Assembly: GCF_006345805.1 (NCBI RefSeq)
Contig: NC_043007.1
Coordinates: 64,356,001-64,420,000, forward strand
DNA length: 64,000 nucleotides
DNA from: Octopus sinensis
Lineage: Eukaryota
Reading direction: 5' to 3'
In this document: positions 1 to 13,765 of the stretch, in pieces
How positions within the stretch are numbered: the stretch's first letter is position 1
How the letters are laid out: each line of letters begins with the position of its first letter
The notes under the pieces: model-generated
Told to the model about the DNA's origin: nothing
What the model saw: only the letters and a program-made list of their open reading frames with translations
The model's database searches: none
Made by a program: the position numbers and the translations under genes

Positions 1-564
1 ACATTGTAAAAATTGATTGAGCATGCTTAACTGCTATGCAGTACTGATGCTAGCATTAAAGCATTTCAATATAGAAAAGTTAGAACTATTGATGGCAATG
101 TTAATCTCAGTTGGTTTTAAATCACATAAAGCCAGCATAATATTTATCCATCAATACGTTATATTAGACCAAAGAATCTTTGATGAAAATTCGACGAACA
201 TTTTTTGTTATTTGTGCCAGTATGTACACACATTTATTAATTGCTAGACTTTTTATTTTGTAACACTCAAATTTTTACTTTTACTGTTGCTCAAATAATT
301 TTACAAATGTGAATAGATTTATCTGTAATTCTCTTTCATATTTTGCTTGCTTTGGATTCATTTTGCTTTTCTTTCTGTTAACTCAACCAATTTAACTGGA
401 TGTGGTTTTCTGACTGAATATCCTTGAAATATTTGATTTTCTTACAAAAATGCACACTATAACAAGTTTACAAAGACCATTGATCATTCAGCTTTTGTTT
501 ATTAATTTTATCTAATCTTACATATTTTATTTCAAATTTCCTTTACACCCAAATCCTTATATAA

Positions 565-784
565 CCCTTTTGTTACCATATTTCTGATGAAATACATTCC
601 CTTTGTTTCAATTAATTTTGAAAATTAGAAGAATTTATTAAAATAACTTCACTGCTAGAAAGCTAGTGTTTGGAATTAAGTCAACATGAAATTTAGATGG
701 ATGATTTGAAATTAGATCTCTTTAAAACAGAAAATTTCTATCATAGAACCAGGAGCAGTCACTGGCAGGTTGGTATCAAAAGGG
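565..784. mobile_element. Short non-autonomous piggyBac-type MITE
   Basis: Terminal inverted repeats CCCTTTTGTTACCA / TGGTATCAAAAGGG (1 mismatch), flanked by ATAA (left) and TTAA (right). Confidence 0.6.
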
Positions 785-1605
785 TTAAATATACATTTGT
801 TTTCCTTTATACATTCGAAACTGTACCAGCTATAGAAGCTGAAATACAATTTAAATTCGTTCACTAAAAACACCTAATGACATACTGCTAATGTTAGATA
901 TCTCAGTTTTAAGAGGCTTCCAATTGGAATGTTCATTTGAAAATAATGAATTAAGTTTGTCATTTTAGATAATCATTATTAGACAAAGTTTTTTAGATGT
1001 AAAATTTCTTTCTACTTTGTTTCCTTTTCCTTTCTAAATGGATGCTTAACCAATGATAATTAAAACCTTTGGCTTTCAGCTAATTCTATTTTCCTCTCTG
1101 TTATAATTGCTTGTGAAAAAATCCAGTTGTACTTCTGTTTTTGACCAAATTTGTCTGATACATTCTTGGGACTGTTTTTTCTTTTATTTTGGCTCTGATT
1201 TAAATTTTACTCATAACTTTAGACTAAGTATATGAAGAAATTTTTCTAAAATGTTATAAATCTCACATCAATGCATTGCTCCTCCTCAAATCAATAATCA
1301 GGAGGATGCAAAGCTATGCCTATTAAATGACTGAACTGAATTGCACCAAGCATTTGTATGCAATTATTTTTTCTTATTATTTTTAGTTTAACACGCTTAA
1401 CAGTTTTGTCCAATTTAATTGTTATTGGAACTTACCAAACTAGATTTCCTCTCAAGTTAATTACATTTATCAATGTCTAACAATATATTTCATTTGTTTG
1501 CTTCCTCATTGTTATTATTTATGTTGAATGTGGTGAAATCAGAGAACACAGAATGTTTTGTTCATTTCCTATGTGTGCATGTTTGTATAATGTGCTTTTA
1601 TATAT

Positions 1606-1610
1606 GTATG

Positions 1611-1646
<36 letters not shown>
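1606..1646. repeat. (TA)n microsatellite
   Basis: Direct reading; a similar tract lies at ~3955-3994. Confidence 0.95.
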
Positions 1647-1649
<3 letters not shown>

Positions 1650-2299
1650 ACAACCACAACCACATACACACATAAAAACTCAAACTCAAACACCTTCGTA
1701 TATCTACACATACACCAACATTTTGTTCATATTTGTTCAGTTCATTAAATGTTACATGCAAAATATTTACTTCTGTTCAATGTGGCCTTTTTTAATCTTA
1801 ATATCCCCTATTTACAGTTACTTGGTCCTCTTTCCCAAACCTCCATATAAAGCCTTTATCCTTTCATAGCAATTTAGTTTTTTAACCAGAAATATTTTAC
1901 ATAAATGTTTTAGTTAATCCTATTTCAAGTTCCTTTTGGTTTCTTTTTCTTTCTAGTTTTTTAAAAAGAATTTATTCTGCTTTCTATGAAATTATTACAT
2001 TTCTTTGAAACTGATGTACTTATTTTACATTCTTTTTAAAAATGTCTCTAGTCTCTTTCATAGATACAAATTTTTTGTTTTGTTCTAAAAAGCTCATACA
2101 GAAAGGAACAGTTGTTTTCCTAATTTCATCCTTTTTTTTTTTTTTTGATTATGAGGATTTTTAATTCCTCACAAAGAAATTACTTCAGTTTTTCCAATAA
2201 GAACCATTATATTCTTTTTATTTAAATTATAGTTAATTCTAAAATCCTTTTAGTTTATGTCCTCTGATTTCCCCTACCGATTATCTTTCTAATTTTCAG

Positions 2300-2645
2300 C
2301 AAATTGTTCCGCAGGTCAGTGAATGATAAAGAAGATCAAGTTAAGCCGCGTTCGTTGAGGTTCACATGGAGTATGAAAACGACCAGCTCAATGGATCCTA
2401 ATGATATGATGAAAGAAATTCGCAAAGTCTTGGATTCAAACAACTGTGATTATGAGCAACGGGAAAAGTTTCTCTTGCTCTGCATCCATGGAGATCCAAA
2501 AATAGACAGCTTAGTACAATGGGAGATGGAAGTGTGCAAGCTTCCAAGACTGTCATTGAATGGTGTTCGTTTCAAACGGATTATAGGGACATCAATAGGA
2601 TTCAAAAATATTGCATCCAAAATTGCCAACGAACTGAAACTTTGA
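2300..2645 (+). CDS. MARK: Terminal coding exon of a MARK/PAR-1 serine/threonine kinase (KA1 domain)
   Basis: Translation [39 protein letters not shown]...[42 protein letters not shown] is the MARK-family C-terminus. Acceptor ttttcAG at 2298-2299 (phase 2); an alternative in-frame AG lies at 2313-2314; stop TGA at 2643-2645. Confidence 0.95.
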
Positions 2646-3953
2646 TCTCGGGGGAAAAAAATTTTTGAAAAAAAAAAAAAAAAGATAATAAATTACCAGA
2701 TCTTATGTCTTTGGTTAAACAGCTTGAGATTTCCAGCGTGCAAAGTCCTGCTACACAACCTGGTATTGGTTGATCAGTCATCTTGCTCTACAGTGGATCT
2801 GTAATTTCTAGCAGTTCATTATCCCCTTTGGTGGACTTACTTTATTAGGCTTTTATTTTGTACAATGTGTAAAGACAAACAAAATTTTAAAAATATCTGA
2901 AGAAAAACTGTATCCCAGAACTGTACAAAATAGAGAGTCAATTGGTTAAACCTTTGGATGGTAACCGTGTAACCTTTTAAATGTAAGTATTTCACTTAGT
3001 AAAAAAAAAAAACAAACAAAAAAAACCTATGAAACAGGCGATATAGTTGTGGATCATGACGATGGCAATTTAATTGAGTAAGACTACAACTGGTAGGTAA
3101 TACTGCTATTTTAAATGGAAAAAAATAATATTAATAAAAATAATGAAATAAAGGGAAAACTCTTTGAAATATTAGATGAATGAGTGTGAATTTAAGATTT
3201 AAATAAGACACTATTGTTCATCAGTTATTAAGGAAAATTCTGGATTAGTCTTGTACAAACTGATATCACGGAGAAAGAAAAGAAAAACACCCTCCATGTT
3301 TTGTATTTGCACATTTGTTTTTTAATTACTCCATAAAGCAGGTTACCAGGATCATGTGGTCTTTGAGCCATTTTTATGGTATTTTCAAAACTGCTCTGAC
3401 TCCTCTGACTCCTACCAGCTGGGTAATATCTACCTCTTATTGCCCGTCTCTTTCTGTGTTTTCCCACCCTTCATTGCTAGAGTTTGAATGTTAAAAGGAA
3501 ATGCCAATTTCTTTCAATATTTCTTTTCATTCACATATTCATATGCTGGGGTTATGAGATCAGGCATAAGTACTGCTATTTCAAGTTAGTTACTTTTACC
3601 CCCTTTCAAGCTCTTTTTAGTTGATGACTAATCATATATCATTGTTCTCAAAGTTTTTTTTTTTAACTAAAACTAATCAGTGCTTAGCTATTGATTTCAA
3701 ACTTGAAACCAAATGTGATGAAAGTAAAATTATAAAACCAGCTTCTTTTGGGAAAGGAATTGAGCATTTGTGAAGGTAATATAGATAAGGTCCCAACAAT
3801 TGGTTTGGTATTGAGGCTAATTTGGCCTTAAGTGCACACTCCAGGTTTAAAAAATAAAAAGGAAAAAAAAGAGCTTATTTCTCTAAATATCACCTGCAGC
3901 AAGTTTATTTTTAAGAAATTATATTGCTTATGTTAATTTATCTTGATACTACA

Positions 3954-3998
<45 letters not shown>

Positions 3999-6900
3999 CT
4001 ATTTTGACAAGTGTTCTTGAGACAATTCCTTTAAATTACCTTAGAGCTTAATTATTTTATGTAATATATGTATGTATACATACATACATATACACACACA
4101 CATTTAAAATTAATTTATTTTACTTAGATTTTTAAAAAAATTCTAATTTTGTTTTATTCTGTATCATTCTCTGAAACCAGACTTCTAGCCCAAACCCCTA
4201 GCCTTTTTCTACTATAAAAAAATATTTTCTTGTTCAGCTTTCTCATATTTTGGAGGAGGGGGCTCTAGGTTATTATTTTTCTACTAAAATAGAATTTTTT
4301 ACTTTTCTTACTGCTGTATAGATCTTTCACCAAACTGGTACACATCTTCCATTTTTTATTGCTGTTTGTTGCTGCTTGTACAGCTGTGGTGCATTCAGGT
4401 GATATGGAGTTGCTTCCAGAGAGGCAGTAATACTAATTGCTTTATTTTTCATAAGGGACTGCTAGTATACTGTATTTTGCCATGGTGAAATTGCTGGCAA
4501 GACTTTTGCTTTCATAAGCAATATTACTGTCAATGTTTGTTGTCTCAATAATATTGCTGACAAGATGCCTGTTTGCTATGGTAAAGTTGCAGGGAAGCTG
4601 TCTGCTGCTGTGGTAAATGTTGGCAAGTTGCTTGCTTCCATAATAAAGATGCTGTCAGGTTCACTGTTGTCCTAGAGTTTGCAGGGAGGCTGCGTGGTTG
4701 TAAAGTAAAATGTTGTTGAATGAGCTGTATTATAAAGGCGAGACATGAATATTTTTTTATCGCAGCATTTCATTGAGTATCAAAGCCTTATTATAAGAGT
4801 GCAGTGATATGTTAAGCTCTGGCAAGCCATGTCCATAAACTGCTTTAACTTCTACTAATGTTCTTTGGAATAACATAATCACTACAATTCCTTATTTCTC
4901 TATTAGTGTAAATTTGATGCTTCATGCCTATATAAATCATTATTGTAATCACAGTGATGGAGGAAGACAAGACCGTGAGAGCAAGATTGGATGCTTTATA
5001 AATATTTAAACACTTTCCTGAGATAGTTTCTCCAGAATTGATTTAACCTTTGGTTGAGAAAATAGTGCCAGTAACACTATCCTTTCCTTTTATTTGACAT
5101 TGTCTCCACTCAAGAATAATGATTTCTACATAGGCACATAACCACAAAATTTTGTGAGGAGTGTAGTTGATTAAGTCAGTGCTTATTTTACTGGTCCTGA
5201 AAGGATAAAAACTTAAGTTGGCTTCTGTGGGATTTGAACGCAGAATACAAAGTATTTTGCTAGTGGTGTGGAAACTGAGATGCAGTTGGAAGCTCTTGAT
5301 GAATTGAGCTGCCTGTTTGGCATGCTATTAAAGAGTCTTGGAAATAAATGAGTTTTCCAGTTCTCTCTTAACCTCTAACATTTCATACGTAACGAAAATT
5401 TGTGGTGGATTCGTGGTGCAACTATATACTCTTGGTAAACAGTCATTCTTCAGGTTGGAATGCTAATGCCTATATGAAAGATTTTAATATATCCTTATTC
5501 ACTCTTCTGTCATGAAAATTTGGTATTACACTCCATCATAAGAAATTACTCTGATGGTAGCCTTCTTTGCAGCAACAAGCTATCGATCTCTAAACCAAAT
5601 CTCCAACTTGGTTTTGATACCTAATTTGAAACTACTTGCATCACTAATGGTCTTGGGAAAAGCTTCATAACTTCCTATATCATCAATCCTAAAAGTTACC
5701 TTTGACTTTATTATTATTATGGCAGTGGTGCAAATGGCCAAGGCAGTAGAACAGTAATCTACTCAAATATGCCTTACAAATATTACCTAACCAAATCCCT
5801 TTGTGATCAAGTTCAAAGTTGACTGTCATGGTCAACTTTGCCTTTCACCTCATGGAAATTTATAGATTTGATTTAGTAGGTTTATTATAGTAAATGATTC
5901 AAATATACAATTAGGATATTAATAATAACCAAACTGACAAAATGTAGATACGCTTTTTAAAAACAAAAAATATTCTTGTTATTCAGTAACTCATACATTT
6001 TATTGTAAATTTTTTTTCCTTCAATATTTCAATTGAAAAGAATATCACCTATTTCCCTGCCATGACTTGATTTGCTGTATCATCAGTATATGCAACTCTT
6101 TACTTGGATGATAGAGCCGAAAAATAGATTTATAGTGTTTGTAGTATTGCTGACTCAAATATTCCAGTGTTGACTTTCTTTCATCTCTGCAGAATGAATA
6201 AAAGAAGGTGGTAATTAGGAAAAATTATTTATTTGCATTCTTGCATCAGTCCCCTCCTCCCCACTTCTTAATTATTTTTGTTTCTATGTCAGTGTTTGTT
6301 TTAATCATGTCCTAAGTCATTGTCCTGTCTTCTTAATACTTCTCACATTCTATTCTTATTTTAGCCTACATTCAAAGAAATTAAAACTTAGAATTTTTTT
6401 TTTAAAAAGATACATGTTTAGAGCCATTTATTAAACCTATGCAATTTCTTCTCCCTTCCTTTCAAATCTTTTATTTCAAGTGACTAATTTTCTTTTGACT
6501 GTTGAAGTACATAATTACCTCTTAGAATTATACAAGCCTTCATATCTGAAAGAAGTCAGTGTTATCTAATAAAGTATGAATATACCAAGAAGTAATCTAC
6601 CTTGCTGAATTTTCTTGGTTTCTATTTAATGGGTGTGTACATGGATCTCTTTCTGAATGCAATCAATGGCAATATTCATTAAAATCTAAAATTATATTTA
6701 GTTGTCACCTCATAATTTATTTACCTTAATGAAGTTTCAAATAACTCTAGGAGATACTTCCCTTTGAACATTGTTGTTTCATGCCTTTTCCTTTTATTAT
6801 CTCTTGGAGAAGTCAGAGCATAGTCCTGCTAATTTTGAGCAATTGTAATGGTTCTACTCTAGATGCACAAAAGATATTTATTTTTAAAAAAACTGTCTTC

Positions 6901-9900
6901 TAACTCAATACGTTTTCTTTGGTTAATTTTTCTCTTTCTTTTCACATAAGAAAAAGAAAATTGTTTAAAAGATTTGGGTTGTAAAATTGGAGTATAAAAG
7001 AAAAATTGTTATGAGGCAAGAGCTTGAAAGGGGAATTTTCTCTCATTAATCTTATTTTTCTCCAAATATTTTTCATATTTGACACTGGTTGACCTCGTTT
7101 CCTTCATAAATACAGCCCAAATTAAAATATGTAAGCTAGAATGAACAATGTCTCCATCCAAAGAAAAATTACATCGTTACTTGACATAGTGTAGTTTGCC
7201 TAAAAGAACTGAATTAAGATTGAAGAGCTAGCCTTTCCTTTTAATCTTTCTTCACCACTCCCTTAGAATTTTATGTCCAACTTACCAGCCGTCCCTCATG
7301 TGCAAATCTTAACTGCCATCCATATTTTGTGTTGACATGTCCATAAGCTATTCTTGTATATTCTATTTCTCTCTTTATTGCTGTCTGAACCACACATTGT
7401 GTGCATAACTCTCTTAAAATTAGGGAAAATGTCACTTGATCTCTACTGCTTTATACAACTATCAGTTATGCTCTTGGGTTTTTATACTGTTGTTATTAGC
7501 CCTGTCTTGTCTGGTATTTCAGATAAAAATACCTACACACATCTCTACAAATATTTTCTTGGTTCATGATGCAAGGGGGATGGTATGGAGAGGGAGTTGC
7601 TCCCTCTATTTTGCTGGGAGGGAGAGGGCAGCAGATTATAGGAAGACTGCTATGGATTGTACAGTTGTAAATTACTGTACCGTAATTACTTCAGAATCAG
7701 GCATAACCTTACATGGCACCCTTTCTCAGCCAGGACATGACTACCATTCATGAATGTTGTATTGTTATAACATCCTGTCCATAAGATTTCAGTTCTTGTC
7801 TTATCTAATCTAGCCACAAGCCTATGTTTGTTAACTGTCAGTCTATTATTTTCTGTCTTACTTGAAATATTTATTGCTCAATCTTCTTAGAATCTCCATT
7901 TTTATTTCTTAGGCATCATTATTATAAATAGTTTTCACAATATTTCATTTGAATTGTTAGAATTAATTCTAACTTGCCCTGGCCAGCTATTCAATGTTTG
8001 TATTGGAATGTCAAGCCTAGTCTTGCCCTGTAGTTTATTTTGATCTCAAATAGCAGACAAAATATATATTCTTCAAGACTTTAATTTGCTTTTTGTTCTG
8101 GTTTCTCTTAAGAACTTTGTTTCGTGTGACTACTAAATGCTAACAGCACAGTAACTTGGTCTGAGATAATTATTTCCTCCCTTACCATAACAAAAACAAT
8201 TATTGAATAATATACAGAATTAAATAAATAAAAGTGGAATATTTGGTTATTTTTCAGCCTTTAAAGAACACATTTTAGTCTTTATATTTTTTTTAATTAA
8301 AAGTCCTCTTAAAGTTTTAACCAATCATAATTTCTTATAGACTACAATATTTATTCAAATGAAAACAATAAATAAATTAAACAAATTCTTTTCATCACTA
8401 ATATCAAAGATATGATTCCTGATGAATGAATGGTTTTTGTGTAGAATACAATTTTGATGGAAGACAAATTTTTCTAAAATAGGTATTTTAATGCCCACTG
8501 CCACCCTAAGGCCCTTTAAGAATTATTTCAGATGAGGTGTTAGTTGATATTGTGCAAACCTTCTCCCACCCTGCCCAACAATATAGCTTCTCTATATACT
8601 GTGTGTGCAAAGAGGTTTATGTAAAATAACTTCGTAAATATTCATACAGATATAGTTTCCTTTGGAAAAAAAATTGCTCTTGTTTCTATTTTTTTAATTC
8701 AATGACTTCAAATTGTACAATGGATAAAGAATAAACATTTTAAATAATTATTTTGCAAGCACTTCAAAGCTTTTTTTTTTAATCCTCCTACTTTTCCCCC
8801 CCTCTTTCTCTGTTTTAATTAGTTTGCCTTTTTTTTTTTATATTTTTACTATTGAACCTCTTTGGAAGTAAAAGGTTTTTCTAACAAATTTTTGGTTTGA
8901 TAATATTTTTTTCCACATTCTTGTGAGAAAATTTAATATTTTGATTAAGAAAGAGTACGTTTCTATCTCTCCTATTTTTATTTTAGTCCTTTCTCAAATT
9001 ATTAAAAAGCTGTTTATTTCAACTCGCATTTTTACAAATGCTTGTAACAGATATACTAGTGTTTATGTGTGTATAAATATATATGTCACATATATACTTC
9101 ATTACACATATATACATACCTATTGTTTATCCACTGGTGGTTGGAAAGAGGAGTCTAAAAATATTTGCAAATATGTATAACAAAACCCTTAAATATTGAA
9201 ATGCATAAAATATTTTCATCCATCTTACTTGGATTTCTTCTTTTTTTTACTATTGATTTTTATTTATCTCACCTCACATATTATGACCTGAAAGTTTATT
9301 TAAAATGTACATAAAAATGAAGTAGGAACATTTGCATTTCTTATAACTTGTACCTCAGTTCATTACCTCAAAGATTGAATCTAGTTTCTCTATATTATTT
9401 GAGTATTAGCCTCAGATAGGCAAGGTCCTTTATTTGATGATCAAAATGAGGATGACATAAGTACAGTTTAACCTTTCCCCTAACCATATTAGACAACTGA
9501 AGTGTTTCCTAATTTGGTTGTAGTTACTAAAACACCTAATTTTTATACTTATTTCTGCATTATGCTGTTGTTTCACACATAAGTAAACAAATATGGGTTC
9601 TTACAAGAAATTATTATAGCAAGTTAGTTTAAATACAAGCATTTAAGTTGTAAGGCAGAGACAAAAGATTGTAGTAAATGAGAAGTTAGTTTATTATTTC
9701 ATTTTTTAATTATTTTCAATATTAAACATACAGGAAGTGTATTAAAAAATGTGATAACAAAAAAAATCAAAACTGTCAATGTTGAAGCAGAAGCTTCTGA
9801 ATGTCCAGAGAAAGTACCTGTCAGCTAGTCGTGTTTTCTCAACACTGATAATAGCTTTTGAGATATCATTCACTATCATGGCTCCTTGTTGAATAGAATG

Positions 9901-10005
9901 CAAACAACTCATTTATTTATATGCCAAAACTTTTAAAATCAGATTAATTTTTCAAAACTTAGCTTAATTATGGCAAGTTCAGAACATATTAAGTAAGTTC
10001 TTCCA

Positions 10006-10226
10006 TCAATATTGAGGAAAATTTGGTACTAGTTGGGCCCAAGCTGAGATACCACCTCGTATGTCTTTTATAATCAGGTTGGTAAAAACTTCCTGTAGCT
10101 TTTTCACTGCAATTTGTGAATCGTTACCATGGTGACACACCACCACAATCAATTTACCCTGATCTTGGTCTTCTGAAAGCAGTGACTTGATTTTCTTTGC
10201 ATTTCTTACGTCAGACATTGGAATAT
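10006..10226 (-). CDS. MOCS3: MOCS3/UBA4 exon 12 (terminal; rhodanese domain with active-site Cys)
   Basis: (N)IPMSDVRNAKK...VVCHHGNDSQIAVKKL...DIRGGISAWAQLVPNFPQY* matches the MOCS3 C-terminus (human ...CKLGNDSQ...GGLMAWA...FPQY). Acceptor ctccttaacagaaAG. Confidence 0.93.
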
Positions 10227-11923
10227 CTTTCTGTTAAGGAGTAAAATTCCACACCACTGAAAATCATGTACAGAAGAAAATCACTTGCAATAAATGTATA
10301 CACTAAATATTACTGCAACACTAAAAGTACCAAAATATTAAAAAAAAAATCCCAAAACCAGTATTTAGAAGTAATGATAATGGTTACTTTCACTAAGTTG
10401 TTATATTGAATAAGAGCTGTGATTACCTAAATTTAAAAGTTTTTAATGAGAATCTGAAATCTATAAGTATACAATATTTTACATATTTGTTATGTAGATT
10501 TTCAATCATCACAAATGCACCAAATTGCATAAGATGAATTCAATATAAATGAATTCATAATTAATTGTACAGAAAATATAAAATTGTAAACCACCTATTT
10601 ATTTATAGTGTTGAGATTTCAAAACAAAATTTAACACTAGAGACAATTTATGATCATCACATTTCCATGCCTGCATGGGAATTGGATGAGGCAGGTTTCC
10701 TATGGCCTGTTGCCCTTCCTTTTGTCAACTTCACTTGTTTCCATGAAAGGTAATACTGCCTCATGGCCTGACATGTTCTCATGGAAGATTGGAAATTGTG
10801 GACACCATTTGTACAATGGTGATACTTCTTTACAACTAGTAAGCGATATCAAAGACATGGATACACCTATATATGTGTGTGTATGTATATAACAAATGCC
10901 TTTCCGTTTACATCTCCCAAATCAACTCAAGGTTTTCGGTGGCCCAGGGGCTATAGTTGAAGACACTCAAGTTTCTTCTACAATTTATGTTTATATCATT
11001 TGTTCCACTGATTATCTGGAGTACACATCTAGTACACATTGGAGGATTTGACCGTGGACCTTGTGAGTGTTCATATTTCACACTTATAAAGCAGAATTAT
11101 AACAATTTCTTTGAATATTCTCTTTCCAAACTGTCTGGAAAGGGCTCTACATATCTTGATACCCTTCTCCAAGCCTGTTATGAATATCCTGCTGAGTTCA
11201 CATCCTAGCACTGTTGTTGTTTAGCTCCAGGTCAATTCAGTTTCAGCAAACCTATGATCAAATGCATTCCAGCCATGACTATTCAATCTTATATTCAGTG
11301 TGTAACTTAGACACACAACTATGTCCTTGTTTTAGGTTATATGATAAGACAGAAATTAGCTACTTTTAATACATGAGCTGTCATATAGAGGTTCGTTCCT
11401 TTAATACATTGTATCTACAGGCAACACATTTTCAATGAACAACTCCCATCTAGAAATAAGTATTGCAATTAGCTTGATTCAGCAAATTGTGGCAATATAG
11501 TGCAGTTGGGTATTTCATTAACTTAGTGTAGCAGTTATTGTCCCTCATTCGTCATTGACATCAATGTTGATAACTGAATTGATAACCTATAGTGGAGTTA
11601 ATGATTGTTTCATTTATATACAGCAGCAGAATTATAGGCTTTCATATAAAGCCATGTAAAGTTGAAAACATTCTATCTCTAAGAACATTACTCTTTCATC
11701 CATCTAAAGGTTGATTATTGTTTTCTATTAGGAAACCATACCTTTTTGTTTTTAACTTATTGTAGATATTAAATCTGGTTTCTTCTCTTTCAACTACATT
11801 AATTGTACATTTTTGTTTGAAATTATAAGTTTTACAGATTTCCCAAAACAGTGGCTCTTGACTATTTGCAAAAGTAATCCAAATAATTCTGTCACAGTTT
11901 TCAATGCAATTCATAAAGGATAC

Positions 11924-12023
11924 TGATGGCCTTCTTTGGCAGAGAACAGATTTCTAATTCAACAGGTTGCCGAACATCAATAAGGACATGAGACAAGTGT
12001 TGGTCAAGAAAAGTTTTGTATTC
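11924..12023 (-). CDS. MOCS3: MOCS3 exon 11
   Basis: EYKTFLDQHLSHVLIDVRQPVELEICSLPKKAI; 100 nt; acceptor ttgcAG; donor GTATCCTTTA (U12-type). Confidence 0.92.
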
Positions 12024-12042
12024 CTGCAAACAACAACAATAA

Positions 12043-12655
12043 TTTCTAATTTAGGGACAAGGCCAGAAGTTTTGAGGGGAAGAGTTAGTTGATTATACTG
12101 ACCCTACTACTTGACTGATATTTTCTTTTATTGACCTGAGAGGAATGAAATAAAAACTTCACTTAAGGATTTGAGCTCAGAATGTAAAAGAGCTGAGAGA
12201 AATACTGTAATACATTTCATCCAACATCCCACAGATTCTGCTTAAGGCGGCGAGCTGGCAGAAACGTAAGCACGCCGGGCAAAATACTTAGCATTATTTC
12301 ATCTGTCTTTAGGTTCTGAGTTCAAGGTCGACTTTGCCTTTCATCCTTTTGGGTCAGATAAATTAAGTACCAGTTGTGTACTGGGGTCGATCTAATCGAC
12401 TGCCTCCCTCCCTCAAGTTTCGGGTCTTGTGCCTAAAATAGAAAAGAATAAATTTTAAATTTATGGACAAGGCCAGCAATTTTTACAGGGGGGTAGTTAG
12501 TCCATTATATGAACCAAGTACTTGATTAGCACTTTATTTTATTGACTCTGGACGGATGAAAAGTAAAGATGATTTTGACATGATTTGAACCCAAAATGTA
12601 AAGAGCTGGAAGGAAATACTTTTTCTAATGCTAACAATTCAGACAGTCCACCACC
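12043..12655. mobile_element. Three adjacent copies of one ~200-bp SINE-like family in alternating orientation (-, +, -)
   Basis: The + copy (~12246-12452) begins GGCGGCGAGCTGGCAGAA, contains GAGTTCAA and ends CTTGTGCCTAAAATAGAAA. The flanking segments (~12043-12243, ~12456-12655) are diverged reverse complements of it. Confidence 0.75.
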
Positions 12656-13765
12656 CTTCATTGCTCTTATGGTAGGCACTAAAAATCAGTGATGCTGCAA
12701 GAATTATCAGCAAATATGTAAAAGGTAGGTAAAGTGTGGTTCATCATATATAAAGAGTTGGATATTAGTGTTGAAAAACCCCTGGAAAGGTGGAATATTT
12801 AAATCTTGGAGTCAATTTTTGTATCACTATGCTACTTAAAACACCAAAGTGGTTATTGTGGGGTGTTAAGTCTCCAGATTGAAAAACTGAAATTGTTAGT
12901 GTAATTAGAAAAAAGATAGGTTAATTTGGAAGAGATTTAGCTTAAATGAGATGCATAATGAGGTCCTACCAATAACCTCTTTCTAGTGAGGCAACTTCTG
13001 AAGAAGGTCTTTCAGAGAGTACCATATTTAGAATAGTAATGTTAGGTGCAGATTGTGGAGGTACATGGCTTAGTGGTTATGGTGTGCAATTGTGATAGTA
13101 CCTGGACTGGGCAACATATATTCTTGAGCAAAATACTTAATTTCATGTTGCTCTAGTTTACTCGGCTAACAAAACTTACTAATCTTGTGATGGACCAGCT
13201 TCCTGTCCAGGTAGGGAATATATTTGCCACAGAATTCTGGAAACTAGCCTTTTGAGGTGTAGCTAAATAGTTTGTGAGAGACCCATGTCAACCATATACA
13301 AAGATAAGTCAAAAAGGTAAAAGTTAGCAATGTAGACAGGTGTCTCACCAACACTAATTTCTCAGCTTATCCTTGTTTATCACAGTTCAACAGGCCATAA
13401 TATAGGAGTTTAAGACCAGCTATCCATGTAAGTTGATGACCTAATTCTCATAACTGATTCTGTCAAAGAATTAGAGAAGAAATTCCAAAGGTTGAAAGAA
13501 GACCTAGAATGATACTTTATACTAATTATCAGATTACAGCACACTCACTAGGAAGAAAATGGGATTATGAGCACAAAACTGAACCAATATAGTGTGAAAG
13601 ACTCAAGATATTAAAGTGTGTGAAGAACAAAACCACAGTAATACACAACAAAAAATATTAAAAGAAAAATGTGCAATATGAAGGGAAATTCCATGATGCC
13701 TATCTTTTATGTTTAAGATTTTTTTTTCAAGTAGAGTGACTTAGATTGTTCAACAACAAGAATGC

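Noticed and set aside
1-2299. Upstream MARK exons or microexons
   Set aside because: No segment with both splice sites and MARK-like translation was found; they presumably lie before the window.
4380-4740. G/T-skewed stretch with faint internal repetition downstream of MARK
   Set aside because: No stable period, open frame or termini could be defined.
5360-5700. Possible very old RT fragment (YSDG resembling YADD)
   Set aside because: Too decayed to support by eye.
9434-9500. C/D-box snoRNA-like spacing (TGATGA...CTGA)
   Set aside because: No terminal stem, no clear C'/D' boxes and no guide I can match; expected by chance in AT-rich DNA.
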